Program-made: the position numbers and the translations under genes
Notes under the pieces: model-generated
Seen by the model: the letters and a program-made list of their open reading frames with translations, nothing else
Databases searched by the model: none
Told to the model about the DNA's origin: nothing
Sequence record: MK250021.1
Reading direction: 5' to 3' (one strand)
Length of the DNA stretch: 64,000 bases
Shown: positions 42,822 to 51,393 of the stretch, one piece after another
Position numbering within the stretch: position 1 is the first letter of the stretch
How the letters are laid out: every line of letters begins with the position of its first letter

Positions 42822-43259
42822 TCAAAATAGTGCTTCACATTTATTCTCTTTTATCGGGCACCAATTCTCAAAATCCCATTTGAAAAAATCAGTACATATA
42901 ATATTATGATTTATAATATCTGTTATTTTATCTGTAATTTCAAAATTATATTTTTTTATTAGTTTTATTAATCTTTCTTTTAATTCTTCTGTATTATCAT
43001 CCATTAATTCTGTTGCATAACATGTATTTATTGCATTTTCTACATCTGAAATATTATTACAATTTTTTAATCTTTGTTCAACGACATATAAAAATATATT
43101 ACCTATACCTGCGCAAGGGTCTAAAAAAGTTTTAGAGAAATCTGTAAATACTTCTGGTGTTTCTTCACATAATTTTTCAACTATATGTATTGGCGTAAAA
43201 TCTTCTTGTGTTATATGATGTCGTTCTTTTCGTTTTTGATTTATATCTTGCTATAACAT
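42822..43259 (-). CDS. stand-alone SAM-binding half of a DNA amino-methyltransferase (145 aa, TAG at codon 3)
   Basis: QEDFTPIHIV (motif X), TFLDPCAGIGN (motif I), YATEL (motif II), IICTDFF (motif III); no NPPY. Confidence 0.8.
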
Positions 43260-43282
43260 TATAAATATTATTAATTTCTAAT

Positions 43283-43290
43283 TATTTATA
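43283..43290 (-). promoter_or_regulatory. T4-like late promoter motif TATAAATA
   Basis: Exact T4 late consensus 24 nt upstream of the ATG at 43259; the AT-rich background weakens significance. Confidence 0.4.
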
Positions 43291-43315
43291 TTAGAGAATA
43301 TTCATATTGTTTATT

Positions 43316-43387
43316 TGTAAGGGTTATGGTGATATGATGAAGGATCATATTTATAGAGAAGGAATTACAAAAACAAATAATAATACT
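43316..43387 (+). repeat. outer inverted repeat, left arm (72 bp)
   Basis: Perfect reverse complement of 44330..44401. Confidence 0.9.
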
Positions 43388-43544
43388 CACTACTGTTTTT
43401 TTGCAGATATATGTGCAATAACAGGTCATGGCAATGAAAAAGCAATGTTATCTAATACTGCATATAAAGTATGTAAATATGGCGAATATTTAAATAGATA
43501 TACTGAAACACTTTGTCGATTAAGTAATACAGATACTTATAAAG

Positions 43545-43620
43545 TATATGGTACTAAAGATGAATTAGAAAATTGGAAATATTTTGTTTTTAATAATAAA
43601 TTACCATTATTTCTTAATAT
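43545..43620 (+). repeat. inner inverted repeat, left arm (76 bp)
   Basis: Perfect reverse complement of 44016..44091. Confidence 0.9.
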
Positions 43621-43825
43621 CGTGTTGACAATAAATCAGCATAATAATTCAAAAGACTATGTACCATGGTTTACTAATAAAAAATACACAGATAGTGAAA
43701 TATATAAAATATTAAATATTAATAATATTGAGCAATTATTAATTAACAAAATAATAATTAAGTTTGAAAGAAATAATACATGGTTTAAAAGATATATAAT
43801 AGGTATGTGATCTATTATATATCTT

Positions 43826-45172
43826 TTATTTTCCGCATATATATCGTTTAAACCAATTTGAATTTCTTTCGAATTTTTTAATTATATTATCCATAAATAA
43901 GATTTCATCATTATTAATATTTAATATTTTATATATTTCACTATCTGTGTATTGTTTATTTACAATCCATGGCATATATTGTTTAACAACATTATTTTGA
44001 TTAATAATTAAACATATATTAAGAAATAATGGTAATTTATTATTAAAAACAAAATATTTCCAATTTTCTAATTCATCTTTAGTACCATATAAACAATCAG
44101 CTATTTTATTAGTTTGATGTTTACCTTTATCATATTTAAAGGGTTTAATGTTATTTATATTATTCATATAATAATGAAAACAAGGTGATGTATATGAAGT
44201 AATAAATGAACCATATTTATGATTACAAAAATTTGATTCAGCTTCAAATTTTCCACCAACTTGTGAAGATTCAATACCACATAAGCTTCCACCTGTTCCT
44301 CCAAGTATTTCTGGATATTTACAGTAATAAGTATTATTATTTGTTTTTGTAATTCCTTCTCTATAAATATGATCCTTCATCATATCACCATAACCCTTAC
44401 ACTTATTTAAAATACTTTGTATAATATCATAATTACCGATAAGATTACAATCATTTATATTATCAACAATTTGTTTATCACCACAATTAATAAATTCAAT
44501 ATTATTAAATTCTTGTGAATTATCTATAAAAGTTATTGAACATGGAACATATTGTGAAATATTAAATGATTTATTATAATTTTCAATTATAATTTTTTTA
44601 ACATGGTTTTTAATACGATTTTTTAAGGGAATATACCATTTTTTATTATTTGGTATATCTTTTCTTAAATTAATAAGCCATGTAGATGGCTCAATAATTG
44701 TCATTTTCCCATTATTATTTAATATATCTAATCCCTTATTAAAAAATTCTAAATGTAAATTTGTATTTCTATTTGGTCCAACATAAGGTGGATTCTGAAT
44801 AATATAATCAAATTTAGGCATATTTTTTATATTTAATTTTATATAATTAAATATATTTTCTGCATCATATATATTTGTATATTTTAAATAATATATATTT
44901 TTACATATTTTACTATATTCTTTATATGTTTTTAGCACAAATATATTAAACATTTTATTAATTAAATTATCAATATAATTATAATCAATATCATTAAATG
45001 TTAAAAATACAATTTTACCATTATTATCATATAAATATTTTTTTAATGTAATAGTTTGTTCAATAAATTCAACAGAATCTATTGTTCCAAATAAATTATT
45101 AATTTTATGTAAAATACATAAACATGTTTTTACATTATTAAAATTTGATAATTCAGAAAATATTTTAATCAT
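43826..45172 (-). CDS. DNA adenine methyltransferase catalytic + target-recognition subunit (Eco57I-like; 448 aa)
   Basis: FDYIIQNPPY (motif IV), LHLEF, GKMTIIEPSTW; no clear motif I. Confidence 0.85.
   Translation of the reverse strand: MIKIFSELSNFNNVKTCLCILHKINNLFGTIDSVEFIEQTITLKKYLYDNNGKIVFLTFNDIDYNYIDNLINKMFNIFVLKTYKEYSKICKNIYYLKYTNIYDAENIFNYIKLNIKNMPKFDYIIQNPPYVGPNRNTNLHLEFFNKGLDILNNNGKMTIIEPSTWLINLRKDIPNNKKWYIPLKNRIKNHVKKIIIENYNKSFNISQYVPCSITFIDNSQEFNNIEFINCGDKQIVDNINDCNLIGNYDIIQSILNKCKGYGDMMKDHIYREGITKTNNNTYYCKYPEILGGTGGSLCGIESSQVGGKFEAESNFCNHKYGSFITSYTSPCFHYYMNNINNIKPFKYDKGKHQTNKIADCLYGTKDELENWKYFVFNNKLPLFLNICLIINQNNVVKQYMPWIVNKQYTDSEIYKILNINNDEILFMDNIIKKFERNSNWFKRYICGK
44016..44091 (-). 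repeat. inner inverted repeat, right arm (76 bp)
   Basis: Matches 43545..43620. Confidence 0.9.
44330..44401 (-). repeat. outer inverted repeat, right arm (72 bp)
   Basis: Matches 43316..43387. Confidence 0.9.
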
Positions 45173-45183
45173 AGTTATATTAT

Positions 45184-45918
45184 TTATACTTTATATTTTA
45201 TAATATTATCTATTGTTTGTTTAAATTCTTCCCAGAAATCATAATCATTTATATAATCATTTATAGTATTTCCATCGATAATTATGAGGTTTTCATATAA
45301 AGAATTATTTTCAAATGCTCTTTTATATTCATTATAATAAGCGGATGTAAATAATATTAATGTTTTGTCTTTTGTATTTTCTGGTGTAATAGGTTTAATA
45401 AATCCATTTTTTGTACCTTGTGCTAATAATTTATCCATTATATCTGCATGAATATCAAATTTTTTGGATGTTCTAAATTTTACTTGTATTACTCCATTTT
45501 TATTTTCTCCTAAACCTCTTCTATTTAATAAACATACAGCATCTACTCCATAATCTTTATAACTTTCTGGTGGTAAACATATATATTTAAATATATATGT
45601 TTCTACAGTATCTTTATCTTTTACGTGAATACTTATACTTTTAAAATAATTTAAAAATATAATACAGAATAATTCAAAAATATATCCTTTAAATTGTTCT
45701 TGCTCATCAATTATATTATTTTTTATTAATATATTATTTGTATATTCTGTAAAATCATCTATTGTATTAAATGATGTTATATCAGATAAATATTTTATAT
45801 TTAATATTATATTTAATATTTTTCGAGGTATACTTGTACTTTTATTTCTATACGTACTTTTATCTCTCCATCTTTTCAAAAAATTATCAAATGCATATAA
45901 TTCTTTAATATTAATCAT
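45184..45918 (-). CDS. PD-(D/E)XK restriction endonuclease-like subunit (Mrr-like; 244 aa)
   Basis: GYIFELFC...DYGVDAV...GVIQVKFR. Confidence 0.75.
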   Translation of the reverse strand: MINIKELYAFDNFLKRWRDKSTYRNKSTSIPRKILNIILNIKYLSDITSFNTIDDFTEYTNNILIKNNIIDEQEQFKGYIFELFCIIFLNYFKSISIHVKDKDTVETYIFKYICLPPESYKDYGVDAVCLLNRRGLGENKNGVIQVKFRTSKKFDIHADIMDKLLAQGTKNGFIKPITPENTKDKTLILFTSAYYNEYKRAFENNSLYENLIIIDGNTINDYINDYDFWEEFKQTIDNIIKYKV

Positions 45919-47576
45919 ATATCTATATTATTCTGTTTAAGAACTTCTTTAATTACATTAAGTCTATCTGTTTCATTAAATAAATTTAATGTATTTATAT
46001 TTGTTGATAAAGTAGCAAAATTACACATTTTATATATACTATTTAAATTTATATATCCACCATTTATTTTTAATTCTTTAACAACAGGAATAATTCTATT
46101 TTTAAGTTCTTCTTGCAAATTTAGTTTTAATTCATCTATACGTTGTTTAATTTCTATGATTGGCGATTTTTCCTTATAATCTGTTGTATTATAATTATCA
46201 TATCGTTTTAATGGATTTTTTGGATGTGAAATATTATCAGATATATTATCATATAAAATATTATCTATACCATAATATTCAACAATTGTACTTGATATAT
46301 TTTTATTATATTCATCATTACCATTAGATACTATATATACATTAGCGAATTTTTTAATTCTATCATTATATGATTTCCCTCTTTCTCCTGAGTTTGTTCT
46401 CAAGCAACGACCAATTATTTGTATAATTCTATTTTTTGAATCGCTATCACCATTTGTATTATTGACTATAATGCAATCAGATATTGATTTAATATCAATC
46501 CCTTGAATAAGTTTTCGACAATGAAATATTATACAATTATCATTATATGAATCTACTTTATTACAAAAATCATTAATTTCGTAATCATCATCAGATGTAT
46601 TTTTAAAACATTTATAATATTTTGAACATTTATTGTATAATTCTGTTGCTTGCTGTCTACTAAAACATGTAACTAATAATTTATTATTTTTTGTATTTTT
46701 TGATTTAATAGCATCATTCATACAGGCAATTATAATTTTATCAGTAATAATACCATTTGAAGTGATATTAAATTTTACATATGGTTTTATTATAATATTA
46801 TCTTTAATTGCATTATCTGCAGATATATTTACAATACGTTCATCTTCTGGAACGTTTATTTTACCTGATAATTTATTTTTATTTATAATATTATTAAATA
46901 GTTTTACAAAAATACTTGGTGTTGCAGAAAAACCATATAATTTATAACTATTTTTTACTAATTTATCAAAATTTATATTATTTGAAAATAAATTTGTAGT
47001 ATTATCTATTACAGTATGACATTCATCAATATATGTAATTAAATCTACTTTCTTTTTATTAATTTTTACATTATCAATAAATTTATATAATGATTTATTA
47101 CATGATGAAACTAAAGCAATATCATAATCGCTATTTTCAAAATTATCTAATACAGTCTTAGACGATTTTGAATTATTATATAATTGATAAATTTCTATAT
47201 TATTATTAATATTATCATTTACAGGTTTTTCATATATTCTTGTTTCATCTGATGAATTTAATATTAATAATAATTTATAATTATTTAATACATTATTACA
47301 TTTTCCTAATACATTTAAAAAATCAGTAAATGTTTGGACATTTAAATTTAATATGTGTGAACATATACAAATAATAAGTTTCTTGGATGCCTTTTTATTT
47401 TGTATATTGTATATACAATCATCAAATATATATCCAGATTTCCCATATCCAGTAGGCATAACAACTGTACCAAAATTCCTACCAGTAGATGCAATAATAT
47501 CAATTTTTCTTAATCCATTATTAAATGAATCTATATACCATTGCATTTTATTGTCTATATTATTTGTTGTATTCAT
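45915..47576 (-). CDS. SF2 DExH helicase/translocase (Type III/ISP Res-like; 553 aa)
   Basis: MPTGYGKS, IDECH, FSATP, KLIQGID, QIIGRCLR. Confidence 0.85.
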   Translation of the reverse strand: MNTTNNIDNKMQWYIDSFNNGLRKIDIIASTGRNFGTVVMPTGYGKSGYIFDDCIYNIQNKKASKKLIICICSHILNLNVQTFTDFLNVLGKCNNVLNNYKLLLILNSSDETRIYEKPVNDNINNNIEIYQLYNNSKSSKTVLDNFENSDYDIALVSSCNKSLYKFIDNVKINKKKVDLITYIDECHTVIDNTTNLFSNNINFDKLVKNSYKLYGFSATPSIFVKLFNNIINKNKLSGKINVPEDERIVNISADNAIKDNIIIKPYVKFNITSNGIITDKIIIACMNDAIKSKNTKNNKLLVTCFSRQQATELYNKCSKYYKCFKNTSDDDYEINDFCNKVDSYNDNCIIFHCRKLIQGIDIKSISDCIIVNNTNGDSDSKNRIIQIIGRCLRTNSGERGKSYNDRIKKFANVYIVSNGNDEYNKNISSTIVEYYGIDNILYDNISDNISHPKNPLKRYDNYNTTDYKEKSPIIEIKQRIDELKLNLQEELKNRIIPVVKELKINGGYINLNSIYKMCNFATLSTNINTLNLFNETDRLNVIKEVLKQNNIDI

Positions 47577-47619
47577 AATCCTTTATATTTAATTGTTTAT
47601 TATTCATTTATTAATAATG

Positions 47620-47629
47620 CAAAGATACA
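47620..47629 (-). promoter_or_regulatory. Bacteroidota-type -7 promoter element
   Basis: TGTATCTTTG upstream of the helicase. Confidence 0.65.
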
Positions 47630-47685
47630 TATTATTTTCTAAAATAAAAAATGATAGATTAGAAAATCTATCATTTTAATATTAT

Positions 47686-48153
47686 TTAAGAAAGAAATAC
47701 TTTATAAATATCTTTCGCTAATTTATTTCTATCTTCTTCATTATTAATAAAGTTAGTCATGATATAATCTATCAATCCTTCATAACTATGAAAATTAACA
47801 CTTCTAATTCTCATAATTTCTTTTACTTGCTCTTCATTCAGATATTCATCCATAATCCAATCAAACAATGCTGGTATATCATCAGGTTTCATAAAATTAA
47901 TAATGATATTAAAATAACTCGCATCTAACTCAATAGCTCGGTTACAAAATGAACTGTACTTACCGTAATTTCCATTTTTGAAATCTTCTTCACTCAACGG
48001 GCCTTCTCCGGTAAGTCTTCTGGAAACTACATATCGCCTAATTGCCTTGTTCATATCCTTTATAGACTTACTCATTCTCAAACCATCATCATTCTTATCG
48101 ATGAGTTTCTGAACTCTATCAAAATCTTTTTTCTCTACATTAGTGTAAATCAT
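47686..48153 (-). CDS. hypothetical protein (155 aa)
   Basis: Open frame; weak resemblance (RYV....L...P.SE.D) to the shared domain of 9252/39800. Confidence 0.7.
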   Translation of the reverse strand: MIYTNVEKKDFDRVQKLIDKNDDGLRMSKSIKDMNKAIRRYVVSRRLTGEGPLSEEDFKNGNYGKYSSFCNRAIELDASYFNIIINFMKPDDIPALFDWIMDEYLNEEQVKEIMRIRSVNFHSYEGLIDYIMTNFINNEEDRNKLAKDIYKVFLS

Positions 48154-48319
48154 AAACTAATCAATATTTAATAAATTAAACAAAAAAGAATTAGCGTATA
48201 AACATTCCTATTATTTATTAATGAAAAAAACGTTATATCACTAATTATACATTATCTTATATTATGTAATAATTAAAAAGTTCAATATATAAATAAAGAA
48301 AATATTATTATTTTTAATA

Positions 48320-49255
48320 ATGATAAAAAAGAAATATCCTAATTTACATGGTGCATGTATAGACAATTTTCATAAATTATATTCTGCTGATTTATATGAA
48401 TAGTATGGTATATTAAATTATAATGATTAGTCATTTCGTTTAAAAATTGAAACAATAGCAACCGGAATATATGATATGATAAAGACTGAAAAACAACCGT
48501 ATTATAAAGAATTTTATGTAAAAAACGTATTTAATTTTATATGGAAATTAAATATTGTAGTTGATTCCACATTTAATTTTACATCGGTATTTACACCTGA
48601 AGTTGAATTTAAATATAATTATTAGAATCATATAGTTGAACACGCAGTGATATTTATAAATCCGTTAAAATTTACTAATATAGATTCTATTGTACCAGCA
48701 ATATATCATGAGATAAAACATATATTTGATCACACAATTAAAATTACAAATGATATACAATAGAAAGAAGTATTATTTAGAGATTATTTAATACAAACAT
48801 ATGAATTATAGGATGAACCAGAAATAAGTTTTACAACATATAATAAAAATCTTATACAAAATAATGAAACGCCAATTATGTATTATTTAAGTTCATTTAT
48901 AGATTATGTTGCATATTCAGAATATACGGCATATTTAGAAAATATAGATGATAGTTATAAACATGATTTAAACAATATAAGAAGAATAAAATTTTTAAAA
49001 AGTAAGTATACATATACACAAATTAAAAAATTTATATATTTAAATATACAATCTGGTAATTTTTTATTAATATATTATAATATTGAAAAATATATTAATG
49101 ATATATTAATGATGAATAATTTAAATATAATAAATCAGAAATATAAATAGAATTTTAATGATATATACGGTGTTAATACTATACAACAAGTATTGAAGAT
49201 TTATTTAAAAAGAATACAAAAAGTAAAAATACGTGCAAAAAAAACTATTTTATAA
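48320..49255 (+). pseudogene. HExxH Zn metalloprotease-like gene interrupted by two TGA codons
   Basis: IYHEIKHIF and YSEYTAYLE lie in one TAG-containing frame, but TGA occurs at 48803 and 48815; architecture resembles 37406..38539. Confidence 0.55.
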
Positions 49256-49320
49256 TAGATATAATAATTCAAAATTTGAGCGTATGATAAATGAAAAAGG
49301 TTGAATATTAAGAGTAATAT

Positions 49321-51264
49321 TCAACCTTTAATATTTTGTATAATCTTATCCCGTTCTTCTTTCGTTATTATAACAACATATTCTTTATTGGAACCAAAAT
49401 GAGATCTGTTTGTCAACGTTTCTTTTATATATGGCACATATTTTGTAATCAAATCATCTGTCACAAACAAATATTTCTGACAATCATAATTCTTAAGACA
49501 AATATCTATCCATCTGTCACATCCTCTGTTAACAGACTCTACTCCAGGCCAATTTTCAATATTTCCATATGGCGAACATGTCAACAAACATTGGTATTTA
49601 CCAGTATTCTTACAACAATCTGCAATTCCTAAATCACATGTAACATTAACTAATAAATCAGAATCAATTATAGGTTTCAAAAACTTATATATCTCCTTAC
49701 TTTCCTTAACACTTGATTCACATAAATCTCTACCTATATATGATTTATTACATGCCAATGTTCCTATCATTCTTCCACTATATCCCGAGAACGGATCAAA
49801 TATTGTATCAAATTCATTAAGATATTTCTTTATAAGATATTTTGCTAAATCCGGTTTGAAATATGTAACAGTCTGAAACATCCTAGATGCATTCAATCCA
49901 ATTCCATATATAAAATCAGGAACATAACATAAATCAATATATTTCCTATGTTCTTCTGATTTATACCAATCAGCAAATTTCAATCTATTACATAATAACT
50001 TCCTGAATAATTCCTTATCATTTTTAATCATATTCCATCCATCAAAAGGTGAAACACTATTTTCAATATGTGCATATATAATAGACTTATGAAACATCTT
50101 AATAATCTTGGATGGTGTCTTCAAATTCCTATCCTTTGATTTTATATATTCAAATTCCTTGATACAATCTAATTCTGTAACAGGATGAACAGTAGAAGGT
50201 GGGAAATATATATTCTGAATTTTTTCAAACTCTCTATCTAAATACTTATCGACAATCTCATTAACATGTGCGGATGTAGCATTAGCGCTCTTACACATAT
50301 TTTCTTCTGTCTCTTCTTCACCGTTAATCAATACAGGTTTGTATTTAGGCTTACTTAATAAATCAGATATAGGTGTATTCTTATCAACTATTTTTTCTTT
50401 TTTCTTTTCTGATTTAATATCTAAACTATTTGTCTCAGTCTTAATAGGAAATACATCATTGATACTTGATGTTTTTTTCGTTTCCTTATCCTTATTATGA
50501 ATTGATTTCTTTAATTTCTCCTGCTTTTCTTTTTCTATATCAATCTTATCTTGTTTCTCAATAATCTCATTTATATTATCATCAACAGTATACTTAATCA
50601 ATAGTGTCGGAATATATTTAAATCTTGGAGCCTTACTGGAACAACTTGTTGAACAATATTTAGTATACAACTTTGTATTCTTACCAACCCAAATAACAGG
50701 TTTTCCACATACGGGACATGTAGGTTTTTCTTCTACGCCTTTCCTTATTCGTTGAACAGTTTCCAATATAGATGCAGAATCTTTATATCTATTATTAAGA
50801 TAATCCAATATGTACTTATTAGTAATCAATGGAACATATTTATCATATATGATATGATTCTTAATAATATAATCATTCATTTCATCTAATTCAGTAATTG
50901 AATTCTGCCAATCTACGAATTTTGAATCCCTGTGTTTAGCAATCTCAAAACTATCCTTGTATTTTTCACGAGTCATAGAAGCATGCATCGCTTTACATAT
51001 ATAAGATCCACATGTAGTTTTGTATCCGTTTCCTATACGTCCACTCCATTCTGCTTTCTTACTGCAATACTTACATGTTACTATCTCATGCAAATCATGA
51101 ATAACATAATAAAGTCTCTCTAATATATCTTCATCATTCTTTAAAAAATCTGTAAACTCATATACTTCTTTATTAATATCTTCATGATTTCTAACTATAT
51201 ATATTAATTGTCTTAAACTTATTTCATTATTATTATATTGCTTTATATAATCATTTAATTGCAT
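49321..51264 (-). CDS. Zn-finger/DNA methyltransferase fusion (647 aa)
   Basis: Two CxxC...CxxxC modules, then IFDPFSGYSGR (motif I), YIGRD, LLTCSPY (SPPY-like motif IV). Confidence 0.75.
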   Translation of the reverse strand: MQLNDYIKQYNNNEISLRQLIYIVRNHEDINKEVYEFTDFLKNDEDILERLYYVIHDLHEIVTCKYCSKKAEWSGRIGNGYKTTCGSYICKAMHASMTREKYKDSFEIAKHRDSKFVDWQNSITELDEMNDYIIKNHIIYDKYVPLITNKYILDYLNNRYKDSASILETVQRIRKGVEEKPTCPVCGKPVIWVGKNTKLYTKYCSTSCSSKAPRFKYIPTLLIKYTVDDNINEIIEKQDKIDIEKEKQEKLKKSIHNKDKETKKTSSINDVFPIKTETNSLDIKSEKKKEKIVDKNTPISDLLSKPKYKPVLINGEEETEENMCKSANATSAHVNEIVDKYLDREFEKIQNIYFPPSTVHPVTELDCIKEFEYIKSKDRNLKTPSKIIKMFHKSIIYAHIENSVSPFDGWNMIKNDKELFRKLLCNRLKFADWYKSEEHRKYIDLCYVPDFIYGIGLNASRMFQTVTYFKPDLAKYLIKKYLNEFDTIFDPFSGYSGRMIGTLACNKSYIGRDLCESSVKESKEIYKFLKPIIDSDLLVNVTCDLGIADCCKNTGKYQCLLTCSPYGNIENWPGVESVNRGCDRWIDICLKNYDCQKYLFVTDDLITKYVPYIKETLTNRSHFGSNKEYVVIITKEERDKIIQNIKG

Positions 51265-51393
51265 AACTATACTTGCTGTTTAATTTCTTACCTTATATTT
51301 ATAGTTAAAAAATACCTATTTGTTTTTAAAAAATAAACATAAACTTCGAGTATTCTTTTATATATAAATAATGTGAAATATACTTAAAAATTT

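Larger units (their letters stand above)
43307..43810 (+). other. silent inverted alternative C-terminus (TRD cassette) of the methyltransferase 43826..45172
   Basis: Encodes CKGYGDMMKDHIYREGITKTNNNT and YGTKDELENWKYFVFNNKLPLFLNI identical to the main gene, with a different intervening segment; opposite strand; only a TTG start. Confidence 0.85.

Noticed and set aside
43307-44401. Inverted duplication as a pure assembly artefact
   Set aside because: The arms differ in unrelated internal segments and have diverged tails that both keep the reading frame; a misassembly would give identical copies. The orientation shown may still be only one of several
48803-48817. TGA recoding as a second code change
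   Set aside because: TGA ends several clearly complete genes here (e.g. 42822, 43810, 49321, 23932); two TGAs in one gene are better explained by local indels or decay
3006-48830. ATA codon as a shared programmed-frameshift signal at the four offset sites
   Set aside because: ATA is among the commonest codons in this genome, so its presence at each site is not informative
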